Under the pieces are notes generated by a model. It was not told the DNA's origin and searched no databases. It saw only the letters and a program-made list of their open reading frames with translations. Positions 12,409-23,088 of a stretch of 64,000 nucleotides of DNA are shown in pieces. The translations under genes were made by a program, and so were the position numbers. The stretch's first letter is position 1. The number at the start of each line of letters is the position of its first letter. Source of the DNA: Phyllobates terribilis (taxonomy: Eukaryota); assembly GCF_046119375.1 (NCBI RefSeq), contig NW_027362763.1, forward strand, positions 236,716,001 to 236,780,000. The letters run 5' to 3'.

Positions 12409-12431
12409 CACTTAGTTTTTCTCCAGCTACC

Positions 12432-13271
12432 ATGGATCCAGTAGCCGGTCTAGCTCGGCAGTTGCAGAGTTTGTCCATGGAGCTGGCGGACGTTAGGTCC
12501 AAGGTTTTGTATCCTCAGGAGCAAGCCGGACCAGAACCTAAAGTAGCTCTCCCTGACAGGTTCACTGGGGGGCGGGACAAGTTTTTTGTTTTCCGGGAGG
12601 CATGCAAGTTGTACTTTCGGCTGCGGCCTCGGTCATCGGGGATTGAAGAACAAAGGGTGGGAATTGTCATCTCGCTCCTACAAGGGGACCCACAATCTTG
12701 GGCGTTCTCTCTTCCCCCGGGCTCCCCGGCTCTCCAGTCAGTGGATAGGTTTTTCGCTGCTCTGGGACTCGTATATGATGACCCAGATCGGATCTCCCTT
12801 GCTGAGTCTAAGTTACGTAGGATCCAGCAGGGAGATCGTCCGGCGGAGGAATTCTGTTCGGAGTTCCGTAGGTGGGCCACGGACACCCAGTGGAATGACC
12901 CGGCTCTTAGGAGCCAGTTTTGTCAAGGTTTATCTGACAAATTACAGGATGTGTTGGCACAGTATGACTCTCCAGCGTCACTGGAAGCCGCTATGGCCCT
13001 TGCTATTCGCGTTGACAGACGGCTTCGGGAGAGGTGCGGGATAACTCTACCCCCTGTGATGACTCCACCTCCTACAAGGTCCCCTCATATGGTGGTTCCC
13101 CTGGTCAGTCCAGAGGAGCCTATGCAATTAGGAGGGACATCATTTCGGGGGAGGGGACCGGTGGTGCGCCATAAGACAGGAAGGTGTTTCTTCTGCGGGA
13201 GAAAGGGACATTTTATTGGGGGGTGTCCATCCCGTCCCTTGCAGAGTGAAGAGTCGTCGGAAAACTGTTGA
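12432..13271 (+). CDS. gag: Gag of Gypsy B (capsid plus CCHC zinc knuckle)
   Basis: 279-aa ORF with PEPKVALPDRFTG, QGDRPAEEFCSEFRRWA and the knuckle CFFCGRKGHFIGGC. Confidence 0.95.
   Translation: MDPVAGLARQLQSLSMELADVRSKVLYPQEQAGPEPKVALPDRFTGGRDKFFVFREACKLYFRLRPRSSGIEEQRVGIVISLLQGDPQSWAFSLPPGSPALQSVDRFFAALGLVYDDPDRISLAESKLRRIQQGDRPAEEFCSEFRRWATDTQWNDPALRSQFCQGLSDKLQDVLAQYDSPASLEAAMALAIRVDRRLRERCGITLPPVMTPPPTRSPHMVVPLVSPEEPMQLGGTSFRGRGPVVRHKTGRCFFCGRKGHFIGGCPSRPLQSEESSENC
13259..13265 (+). promoter_or_regulatory. Putative -1 ribosomal frameshift site
   Basis: G GAA AAC lies in gag phase just before the gag stop. Pol is in the -1 frame, and that frame is open from 13250. Confidence 0.65.
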
Positions 13272-16200
13272 TCCCAGGTTGTGTGGTGGACGGCAATCTG
13301 GGAGTAGGTATTTCGTCCCTAGGTTCGTCTCAGTTTCTCGTACCGGCGGAGGTGGTGGTGGGTACGAGAACTGAGAGGATATCTGTTCTTCTGGATAGTG
13401 GGGCCAGGGCTAATCTGGTTGATGCTCGGTTTGCCCGGGTTCAAGGTATGCGATTGAGTGAGTTGGCTAAACCCATCCCCATATTCTCGATCGATGCCAG
13501 GCCTCTCAGTCAGGGAAGTTTTTTGCAAGCTGTGCATGACGTAAAACTTCAAGTGGGGGCGATACATAAAGAACTGTTGTCTTGCTACGTGTTGGAGGGT
13601 CTTCCCACTCCTATAGTGTTGGGCCTTCCTTGGTTAACTAAGCATAACCCGGTTATTAATTGGCAAACCAGAGAGATAAGCCAATGGAGTAAATTCTGTA
13701 ATAAAAACTGCATGAACACGGTCATCGGTGCGGTTACTCCTTGGGTCTTACCTCCATTTCTGGCGGACTTTGAGGATGTATTCTCGGAAAAAGGGTGCCA
13801 GGAACTACCTCCTCATCACGAGTATGACTGTTCTGTAAAACTGCTCCCTGAGGCCAAGTTACCTAAAGCTAGGTTGTATAACCTTTCTGGTCCTGAGAGG
13901 CAGGCCATGAAGGATTATATTTCAGAAAGTCTGGCTAAGGGGCATATTAGACCTTCATCTTCACCGGTGGCTGCGGGGTTCTTCTTTGTTAAGAAGAAAG
14001 ATGGAGGCCTACGCCCTTGCCTGGATTTCCGTGAACTTAATCGGATTACAGTCCGAGATCCGTATCCGCTCCCACTTATTCCCGATCTCTTTAATCAGAT
14101 CGTGGGCGCCAAATGGTTCTCTAAGTTGGATCTCAGGGGGGCGTACAATCTGATTAGGATGAAGGAGGGGGATGAGTGGAAGACGGCGTTTAACACTCCG
14201 GAGGGGCATTATGAGAACCTTGTCATGCCATTCGGTCTGACTAATGCCCCGGCGGTGTTCCAACACTTTGTTAATGACATTTTTCGCCGCCTGGTTGGAC
14301 AGTTTGTTGTCATATATCTGGATGATATCTTAATTTACTCGTCGGATCTGGTGTCTCATCAGGAGCACGTTAGGCAGGTGTTACAGATCTTGCGGGATAA
14401 TAAACTGTATGCCAAATGGGAAAAGTGTGTGTTCGCCGTACAGGAACTCCAGTTTTTAGGCTTCCTGGTTTCAGCGTCCGGTTTTCGTATGGACCCTGGG
14501 AAAGTGCGGGCAGTTCTTGAGTGGGATCGGCCTGAGAATCTTAAGGCACTACAACGTTTCCTGGGATTTGCTAATTATTACTGGAAGTTCATTCGTAATT
14601 TCTCGTCCATGGTTAAGCCTCTCACAGACATGACTAAAAAGGGGACGGATTTTTCTAGGTGGTCTGACAAGGCTTGTCAAGCATTCTCCTCCTTGAAAAA
14701 ATGTTTTGCCTCGGCACCCATATTCATTCAACCTGATGCGTCACAGCCATTCATTGTAGAGGTAGATGCTTCCGAGGTAGGGGTGGGAGCAGTATTGTCA
14801 CAAGGTTCGTCCCCTGGTAAGTGGCATCCGTGCGCCTTTTTCTCTAAAAAATTGTCGTCCGCTGAGAGGAATTACGATGTCGGCAATAGGGAACTCTTGG
14901 CCATTAAGTTAGCTTTTGAGGAGTGGCGCCATTTTTTGGAGGGGGCAGCCCATCCGGTCACCGTCATCACCGATCACAAGAACCTGCTATATCTGGAGTC
15001 CGCGAAACGTCTGAATCCCAGACAAGCTAGGTGGTCATTGTTTTTTACCAGGTTTAATTTTGTCGTTACATATCGTCCTGGGTCAAAAAATGTAAAGGCG
15101 GATGCCTTATCTCGTAGTTTCCCTGGGGCCGGGAATACGGACAACCCGATTCCTATCCTTCAGGAGGGGGTGGTGGTTTCGGCAGTATGCTCTGAGCTGG
15201 AGGAGGAGGTATTGGAGGCTCAGGGGGACGCCACTGTTGGACCTCCGGGGAGACTGTTTGTTCCAGATCAGTTGCGACAAAAGGTGATCGAGGCACACCA
15301 TAACTCAGTTTTTGCAGGACACCCGGGGAGTAGAGCAACTGTGGATCTCCTCTCGCGTCGGTTTTGGTGGCCTAACTTACATAAGGAGGTGGTAACTTTT
15401 GTCGCGTCCTGTGGGGTTTGTGCGCGCTCTAAGACCTCACATACCCGTCCGTCTGGGGCCCTCTTACCTTTGAAGATCCCGGAGCGTCCTTGGACTCATC
15501 TGTCTATGGACTTTATTACGGACCTCCCTCCGTCTTCGGGTAAAACGGTCATACTCGTTGTAGTGGACAGGTTCAGCAAGATGGCACATTTTATCGCTCT
15601 TCCGGCTCTCCCTAATGCTAAAACTCTTGCGCAGGTGTTCATTGGGGAGATTGTGAGGCTTCACGGGGTACCCTCCGAGGTGGTGTCTGATCGGGGGTCT
15701 CAGTTTGTGTCCAAGTTCTGGAAGGCGTTTTGTGCACGGCGGGGGATGCATTTGTCATTCTCATCGGCTTTTCATCCTCAGACCAATGGTCAGACGGAAC
15801 GTATGAACCAGAGCTTGGAGACATATCTCCGGTGTTTTGTGTCAGAGAACCAGGAGGACTGCGCTTCTTTCTTACCTCTGGCAGAGTTTGCTCTTAATAA
15901 TAGGCGGAGCGAGTCCACTGGTAAGTCCCCGTTTTTTGGGGCATATGGTTTTCACCCCCAGTTTTGTACTTTCAGTAGGGGGGGCTCTTCGGGGGTTCCT
16001 GAGGAGGAACGATTTTCCTCATCACTCGCTTCAGTATGGAGAGGGGTGCTGAAGAATCTGAATACTATGGGGAACCGATACAAACGTATGGCTGATAGGA
16101 GGAGAGTGTCTGGTCCGGACCTAAGTGTGAACGATCGGGTATGGTTGTCTACCAGGAATATAAAACTTAAGGTTCCCTCCTGGAAACTGGGTCCCAGGTT

Positions 16201-16642
16201 CATCGGGCCGTACAGAATCAGTTCTATTATTAATCCGGTGGCATTCCGTCTTGACCTCCCCCCTACGTTTAAAATTCACAACGTGTTCCACAGATCGTTG
16301 CTTAAGAGGTATGTGGCGCCGGTGGTACCGTCACCTTTACCTCCCCCTCCAGTGGTGGTCAAGGGTAACTTGGAGTTCCAGGTATCGAGGGTCATCGATT
16401 CACGCTTTAATCGCCGGTCCCTTCAGTACCTGGTTCATTGGAAAGGGTATGGTCCTGAGGAGAGGATGTGGGTTCCTGCGTCGGATATTAACGCAGACCG
16501 ATTAGTTCGGGCCTTCCACACAACTCACCCGGATAAACCTGGCCCTGAGGGTTCGGAGGCCCCTCGTAGAAGGGGGGGTACTGTCACGGGTGTGTCGCCA
16601 CGAAGATCGTCACGATTACACAGCCTGACTTCTCGCAGCTGA
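13268..16642 (+). CDS. pol: Pol of Gypsy B: protease, RT, RNase H, integrase, chromodomain
   Basis: Uninterrupted 1124-aa ORF. Motifs LLDSGA (PR), YLDDILIYS (RT), VEVDASEVGVGAVL (RH), HHCC plus SMDF...VSDRG...QTERMN (IN), GPY, and a C-terminal chromodomain (QYLVHWKGYGPEERMWVP). Confidence 0.97.
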   Translation: MIPGCVVDGNLGVGISSLGSSQFLVPAEVVVGTRTERISVLLDSGARANLVDARFARVQGMRLSELAKPIPIFSIDARPLSQGSFLQAVHDVKLQVGAIHKELLSCYVLEGLPTPIVLGLPWLTKHNPVINWQTREISQWSKFCNKNCMNTVIGAVTPWVLPPFLADFEDVFSEKGCQELPPHHEYDCSVKLLPEAKLPKARLYNLSGPERQAMKDYISESLAKGHIRPSSSPVAAGFFFVKKKDGGLRPCLDFRELNRITVRDPYPLPLIPDLFNQIVGAKWFSKLDLRGAYNLIRMKEGDEWKTAFNTPEGHYENLVMPFGLTNAPAVFQHFVNDIFRRLVGQFVVIYLDDILIYSSDLVSHQEHVRQVLQILRDNKLYAKWEKCVFAVQELQFLGFLVSASGFRMDPGKVRAVLEWDRPENLKALQRFLGFANYYWKFIRNFSSMVKPLTDMTKKGTDFSRWSDKACQAFSSLKKCFASAPIFIQPDASQPFIVEVDASEVGVGAVLSQGSSPGKWHPCAFFSKKLSSAERNYDVGNRELLAIKLAFEEWRHFLEGAAHPVTVITDHKNLLYLESAKRLNPRQARWSLFFTRFNFVVTYRPGSKNVKADALSRSFPGAGNTDNPIPILQEGVVVSAVCSELEEEVLEAQGDATVGPPGRLFVPDQLRQKVIEAHHNSVFAGHPGSRATVDLLSRRFWWPNLHKEVVTFVASCGVCARSKTSHTRPSGALLPLKIPERPWTHLSMDFITDLPPSSGKTVILVVVDRFSKMAHFIALPALPNAKTLAQVFIGEIVRLHGVPSEVVSDRGSQFVSKFWKAFCARRGMHLSFSSAFHPQTNGQTERMNQSLETYLRCFVSENQEDCASFLPLAEFALNNRRSESTGKSPFFGAYGFHPQFCTFSRGGSSGVPEEERFSSSLASVWRGVLKNLNTMGNRYKRMADRRRVSGPDLSVNDRVWLSTRNIKLKVPSWKLGPRFIGPYRISSIINPVAFRLDLPPTFKIHNVFHRSLLKRYVAPVVPSPLPPPPVVVKGNLEFQVSRVIDSRFNRRSLQYLVHWKGYGPEERMWVPASDINADRLVRAFHTTHPDKPGPEGSEAPRRRGGTVTGVSPRRSSRLHSLTSRS

Positions 16643-17207
16643 CTTTTTGGTGCTTTGTGTTTTTCGGCAGTGAGGGAGTTAATTCTCTCTCTCTCTGTGC
16701 TAGACGAGGTCCAGCCTCGCCCAGCTGCAATCAATGCTGCTGTAGTGAGACTCCTTCAAATGCCTGCTGGTCTGTTAGGGAAGTGTCGGTGAAAGCATTT
16801 CATGCAGACTAACAGAGCAGATCGTGGTATTTGGAGTTTCAGAGATAAGTGTATTTGGAGTGTTTTTTCCCTTTCTCGCTTTATCATTTATCTCCTTTCC
16901 CGTTGGTGTTCCCTCTGTTGTAGTTGTGTAGTTTTTGTATGCAAGGTGGTTTTGGTTTTTCCCTTGTACTGTCTCGTTCGTCTAAGTACTGTGTGTGGGC
17001 ATATTATTACTTGTCCCCTTTTGTTGTGATCGGGGTCCTTCTCAGGACTAGATTACTTAGGTGCAGGGATCCTCAGGAGGTAGGGGTTACGCTGGCGGCC
17101 TGGACCTCTGTACCTTTAACAGTACCTCCAGGTTGAGGGATTAGTCAGGGCCCCAGCTTAGGGTCAGCTTAGGCCCCCTACCTCCAGTATACAGAGACAG
17201 CGTGACA
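16582..17207 (+). repeat. 3' LTR of Gypsy B, preceded by PPT AGAAGGGGGGGTAC (16568-16581)
   Basis: Direct repeat of 11772-12397. Confidence 0.97.
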
Positions 17208-18083
17208 TGTGTGCGACATGCTAGTGGAGCGCAGGCACACCTTTCTTTGAGAAGTAGTGCCGACTGGGCATCTAGTACTGGGGCACTGTGACGGACATAA
17301 AGTCTTGAAAATCCTCTGTGTCCTCCAGGTGGAAAGGCAGCATTTCTGTAGCCAACAGCTTGCAGATGGTGAAATTCAACCTCTTAGCTTTCTCATGGTT
17401 AGGAGGAAATGGTCTTTTACTTTTCCACATCTGAGGGACCGAGGGCTGGCTGTTGTGCTTAGACGGTGTTGAGTAGGGTGTCCCCGGCAACTGCCGGTCT
17501 GTGAGGAAGATGCAGGCGGACATGTTAGGTTGCCTTGATCCAAAGGTGGTGCTCTCGATGTCGGAGAGCGCTCAACACTAGCAGGTGTTTCCACTTCCCA
17601 ATGAACTGACGACCTGCCAATCACACTGGCTGTTGCGGGTAAAGAGGTGGCAGGTCTGCGTCCAAAAACATGTGTGACTGCTGTCCCCCCAGTCACAGAG
17701 GATGAAGAGGCTGCGGATGCACAAGATAGGGCAGACGGTGGTTGGCCCAGCCGGCCAGGCCGCATTGTAGCACAGTGAGCTTCCCACTGCAACTTATGCT
17801 TCATATCCATGTGACGGTACATGCATGAAGTACTCAAACTATGTATTTTTTGGCCTCTACTTAGCTTTTGCTGACAAATATTACAGATAACACGAGTTGG
17901 GTCATCCTTATCGATCTGAATAAATGCCCAGGCTATGCAAGGCTTAGAGCCCATGTGACCTGAAGAGCCACTACGACTTGTGGTCAGAGGCAGAGTTGTG
18001 GTTGAGGATGCAGTTGTTGGCGTGCTTCCAGTACTCCGTCTCTGTTCAGGAAGGCGCAACCTAACCTTGTCGTCAATAGCATC

Positions 18084-19228
18084 TGTGATGCCCCGCTGTG
18101 CTTGGTATCACAGATCCTACAAGAGTGCATTGATGGAATCCTCCACAAGAGGCACCCATAAACATTCACACATCTCCACCTTCCACCTCAGACCAGCAGA
18201 GGGAGCCCGTTAGGGATATAAATAGGGAAGGTGGAGCTAGGCAGTTCAGTTCCTCTGAAGAGTTCCTGCAGTAGAGAAGCCTAAGAGAGGTCAGTCTGCA
18301 GTGGAGCTCAGTCTAGTCTAGAGAACGCAGTTAATAGTTCAGCAGTGGAGCACGAGGCTCCTGCTTGCTAGATTCAGGGAGCCCAGATAGAGCTTAAGGT
18401 GTGCCGGTGCTGTAAGATCAGTGAAGCGCGGCAAGCTGCCGTTAGTGTGTATAGCCTAGTGAGGGCCCGAGTAGGCCGAAGGCGAGTGGCGAGTTAGTAC
18501 ATAAGGGGCAGAGGAGCTTAACCAGCTCACCCCGAAGCATTTACCGGACACAGGATCCGAGCTTACCGGTATCTCTATGACCCAGTAAGTCATAACCGGA
18601 ATCCCTGGAGAACTACAAGTCCCAGGATCGCTAAGGTGCTGATATGTAACAGAGCCAGGAGACGCTTAGGCCCCGCATACTGGGAGCGTGAACTCCAAGA
18701 GAAGGCCCTACCACAAGGTCAGCCAGCGCAGGACAGAGACAAAGTTAGGCCTAGCTCCAGGCAGGTCAGAAACTTACTACGCAGAGGCAAGAAACAGGAG
18801 GCCCTACATCCGCTCATTGGGGAGGATCCTGATATGCACCCTTCACCCTACAGTGCTCCGGGATGTGCCTGAATTTCCACCAGTAAAAGGTACTGAAGTG
18901 ACTACCGTGTCCATTCCCGTTCTTGCTCTGACCCAGCTGGGTCTCGCCTGTCCTGCATTCCCCCTGCATACGCTGCCCTGAGACCTAGCTCCACCTGTGG
19001 GGAGCTATACCATCGAGCTGCCTTATCACCGGCCTCAGTGGACTGCTGCAGCGCTGGTGCTTGTCACCAGATACCACAGGTGGCGTCATGAACTCTTATA
19101 AAATTAACAATTATCCACCCTTTTAAAGAGAGACCCCAGGGTACGGTCCTGGGAGCCGACCACCGCGACATCCCCAAGGCCAGGCAAATGCCCGGGTACC
19201 GAGTCATCCCCATCCCCAGGGCTAGTCA
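18084..19228 (+). mobile_element. Solo LTR (Gypsy-type) inserted in the hAT transposase
   Basis: TGTGATGCCCC...GGGCTAGTCA with 4-bp TSD CATC. Removing it restores the transposase frame (VEKD-AIDDKVRLRLPE). Confidence 0.85.
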
Positions 19229-20397
19229 CATCCTTCTCCACCTCCTCTGCTGACCTCATCGACTGTCTGACTGTGGGTTGACAGTAAGTGGGATCTCCAA
19301 CCTCGTCATCATCACCCTGTGTGTTATTACACCCGTCGCCCTCAGAGCCAACCTCTTCCTGCCCTGACCGAAAAGTCAAGTTGTCGCTCCAATCAGGTAT
19401 TTGAGTCTCATCATCGTCTTCATCATTGTCTCCACCAACAGGAGTTACAGTTTGGGAACAAGGGTCTACATTATGCTCAGAACCTTCTTCATCTGGTCCT
19501 GGATCCAACTTATAAAGATTCTGGGCATCGGATCAGATCATTTCCTCATCTGGATTAACAGAAGCTCTGGAGCAGACCGCCGTTTCCCAGGCTATAGTAT
19601 GAGTAAACAGCTGGGCAGACTCAGCCATCTGTGTTACCCCATACTCAGACGGGCAGCTGGAGACTTGGGAGCTGTGAGGAAGCAAGTGCGATTGGGGTGA
19701 CACCTCTGAGGACTGGAGTATTTGTGATGTTGAAATTGAGGTGATGGAGAGCCCACTTGAAGGAGCACTTGATATCCGTTGAAGCACCTGCTGTTTTTGT
19801 GCCTCATCTAGAATTTGTAGCGATGGGCGTGTCCGTAAGAATGGGATCGTATCACATTGTCCACGAAAAGAAGTCGACATCTTAGTTTGGCTGGAAGATG
19901 GTCTTTCTTCTGCAGATGTTACTCCCCCCCCCCACCGTGGGGGGCCTCGACCCACCGGCGGACAGGCACCAGTATTGGGATAGGGGGGCTGGCCGTCAGG
20001 GTCCACCGCGGCTCTGGCACAAACCCGGCGACACAGAGGTGGCACAGGCAGGAACGGACTGGCCGTGTCGGCTTCTCACTTTTTGGATTTTAGAAGGGCA
20101 TGACATGCCTATATCTGTGTCTCCCCCTCCTTTTACTCCTCCACCTCTTTTCTTTTCGCATGACTATATGTACTTGTCACTTTTCCATGTGTTAGTTGTG
20201 TCTTCTGAGCAGTTTGTCAGCTTTTGGACACCTTTGAAGGTGTTTTCTATGTGTTTCTATGTGTTTTTGTTTGCCTGCCATTGGTTTTAACGGTGTTCGA
20301 AGGTGTTCGACGAACAGTTCGACGAACAGTTCGGCGAACACACGGGTGTTCGACGAACCGAACCGAACTCGAACACTACGGGGGTGGCTCAACACTA

Positions 20398-22514
20398 GTT
20401 GTATGTCAGCCATAAATGCCACCGTATCTCTGCGGAAACAGAGTAACACCTCTAGGAGCCTGTTGTTGAAGTCCGGGCCTGACAACAGGACATTGTTCAA
20501 CGAGACATCTTCACATTTGGCGCTTGAGTCGAATACCACTCTTATGTGACTTGGCTTCTTAGGATGGTACACTCTGAAGATGGGTAAGTACTAACACTCC
20601 TCTGAATGCCGAAGTGCAGGTGCAATCTCCGCATGGTTGTTCTGAAATATCTTCCCCATGAAGGTAAAGAAATGTTCCTTCATCTCAGGCGACTTCCGAA
20701 GCTTGTGTCCGAGGGAGATAAATCGACTGTAGACCAGTTCCCTGTTGTTGGGTAGACGTCTTCTCCGGGGTCGGAATGGTAGAGGTGAGACCCAACTTGT
20801 CTTTGACTCTCTCTCGATCCATGACGTCCAAGAACATCCTGTCTTCTATGGACATTGCTGTCTTGTTGTCTTCCTTCATCCTGAGGAAAACTGCACATCC
20901 TATGTGGTCTTGTTCACCTTCACAGGCGTGGTCTTTGTTGGAAAGAGATGAGAAAGGGCTAGGCAGGTGAGTGCTGCTCGGTAACTCCTTTACCAGCAGA
21001 CTATTTGGACATGAGGTGCCACTGGTGTTCTACTAGCTTTGACACCGGGGGCAGTGGGACATGACAAAGTGAAGTCGAAGCTAGGGTCATTTCTGATTTT
21101 AGCTTGTTGGGCGACAAAATCTACAAACACTGTAAAAGGGGGGAACGATACATTATGAGTCTGTTTATAACATGAACCATATGTAACCCACTTATCTACT
21201 AGGTTGTCAGGAAGTTTTTGAACGATCGGATTGACACCCCTGATGGTGTCCAGGAATGCCAATCCAGGTAAATCTCCCTCCACCTGAGCCACCTATAGCT
21301 CCGCTAACAAATCGCTTAGTTCCCTGAGCTTTTGGTAACCCTTAGACACTATTTTGGGAAAATCATCAATTCTCTTATATAAAGCATTTTCTATTGCTTC
21401 TATTGACCCATAAAACTCATCAACTCTTTCCCACACCTTTCGTAGACCTGTGTGTGGATGCTTTATATTAATGTTGCTTCCAAGCCACTTTACTAGGAGG
21501 TCTAACTCCTCGCTGTAAGAAAGGTCCAAACCTCTGATGGCATTCTGGAATGAGGCTCGCCATGACCTATAGTTCTCAGCTCGATCAGTGAACTTTACAA
21601 GTCCCTGTGTGATCAGCTCCCGGCGAGCAAGGAGCTTTACAAAGTCCATGGTGGCTTGGTTATCGCTGATACGAGCTGGTGTGTTATCGTCATGTCTAGT
21701 TTGTGGTGCATCACCATACCTGTCGGACGTTTCTGGCTTCAGATAGTCTTTATAATACTTCTCTGGAGAGGAAGGTGTCTCTTTGAGGCGTGACAGGGGC
21801 TGTACCTTGTGCTCGGCGGTACTGTGGCTGTGGCCGACATCTCCATGCTGGATGTCTTCTCGTTTCTAGTAGCAAAGTTCGGGGTTGAATCGCTGGTAAT
21901 CGGCGTAGGCTGGTCAATGTAATGCGTGAGGTCTGTCATCTCTTCCGTGATGTCGATTGACGTACTCTGAGATGCGCTGTACTGGGTCCTGCTGATCTAG
22001 ATCTGGTCCCAGAACGTTGCTGCATTTCTCATAATCAGGATACTCCATTGCTTCCAAGTACTCTGCCTTGGCTATTGCGGCCGCTGCCTCTCTGTCAGTG
22101 GCAAGTCTTTCCAGAGACACTCGCAGATGCGCACTCACTGCTTCTTGCTCTGCTTGTCTCAACTTTAATTGCATCTCTTGCGCGGCAAAGGAGGATCTCA
22201 CTTTGGCCACCTCGGCTTCGGCGTGAGCGACTGCAGCAAGCTCTGCAATTGATGACTTGCTAGAGCCTTCTCGTGACCTCATTTTCAGTGAGGATGTAGC
22301 GCTTCGAGACATAGCGCGCTTAGCTGTAGACTGCTGAATACTTTGGCGGGAAACTGAGTCTATATGCAATGTGTTAGCAATCCCGTACAGTCTGTTCAAC
22401 CGCCGCCTGCGGCCAGGGTCCGTTTTTACTGTTCTGCCTTCCTCCACGTATGATGCTGTGGGGGATTTAACATACAGCTTAACCCTCATTCATACTCAAT
22501 TAAATACACTGTAG
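20398..22514 (-). pseudogene. BEL/Pao internal region: gag and start of pol, internally deleted
   Basis: Gag fragments 21914-22489, 21293-21649 (F.D.AENYRSWRASF) and 20990-21292. Pol fragments AMSIEDRMFLDVM and HPKKPSHIRVVFDSSAK...LNNVLLSGPD...ADIQ. The zinc knuckles and protease appear deleted near 20990. Confidence 0.9.
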
Positions 22515-23083
22515 TGTTCTGTAATCTTGTTTTAATGGTGATGGTATGAACTTGATAGTGTGGTTAAAACTATTACACAATACAGAATGATGACAGTCAG
22601 TACTGGGTACATTAAAGAAACTAGCACTAACATAGTGATAATACAGGTTACAGTAAACATGAGTAACTGAGGTAGATCACATCCACAGGCTCTATTCTAT
22701 ACAGAATGCATCAACCTGAGTACAGTGCAAGAGGCATTAACTGAATGGTGTATCTCAGAGCACAATACACTTCACTTTACAGTATTTCACACAAAACATG
22801 TAACTGTATTTGCTCTTACCGAAATCATCTGACAAGGGAAAAGTTGTAGAAAGTGTAGAGCCAGAAACACATCTTATCTGCTCCCTGAAAACCCTGGAAA
22901 ACTGATTGCAGGAACTCTTTCTCCCTGTGGAAGGAGGGGGGCGGTCCCTCTGAACACATTATTCTTAAAGGGGATAGACTCTTGTGACTATAAGAGTATT
23001 ACTAGATGATGTGTAGCTTCTAAACAACATAAACAGACAACTGGTGACCTCTACAGGTCATAACTAGAATAACTCTATGAACA
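22515..23083 (-). repeat. 5' LTR of the BEL/Pao element
   Basis: 569 bp bounded by TGTTC...GAACA, lying between the BEL gag and the interrupted Gypsy A pol. No partner LTR is seen in the window. Confidence 0.75.
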
Positions 23084-23088
23084 TTCCC

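Larger units (their letters stand above)
11772..17207 (+). mobile_element. Young, apparently intact chromodomain Ty3/Gypsy retrotransposon (Gypsy B, Tf1/sushi-like)
   Basis: 626-bp TG...CA LTRs with about 6 substitutions by eye. 5-bp TSD TGTGT (11767-11771, 17208-17212). Open gag and pol. Polypurine tract before the 3' LTR. Confidence 0.98.
9911..20045 (-). pseudogene. hAT transposase, interrupted by Gypsy B (11772-17207) and a solo LTR (18084-19228), with frameshifts and stops
   Basis: BED finger AWAF...VICNICQQKL...CMYRHMDMKH (17376-18059). First Asp VHFTTDTWT (about 11700). Then MCDNAANL, VPCMAHVLNL and CDVPTRWNSTLHML (10600-11451). Dimerization domain and catalytic Glu ASVLSERVFSAAG (9911-10375). 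Confidence 0.93.
3565..20397 (-). mobile_element. hAT DNA transposon copy 1, with nested insertions
   Basis: Termini TAGAGATGAGC...GCTCAACACTA form imperfect TIRs. Perfect 8-bp TSD GTTGTATG at 3557-3564 and 20398-20405. Internal hAT transposase on the minus strand. GTTCG/CGAAC motifs are clustered at both ends. Confidence 0.95.

Noticed and set aside
13319-16203. Antisense ORFs over Gypsy B pol (and similar ones over CR1 ORF2)
   Set aside because: They are short shadow frames of long coding sequences, with no recognisable motifs.
12432-16642. Domesticated PEG10/RTL1-like host gene
   Set aside because: It is flanked by near-identical LTRs, a PPT and a TSD, so it is a recent retrotransposon.
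9911-20045. ZBED-type domesticated transposase gene
   Set aside because: It retains TIRs and a TSD, and is broken by stops, frameshifts and two insertions.
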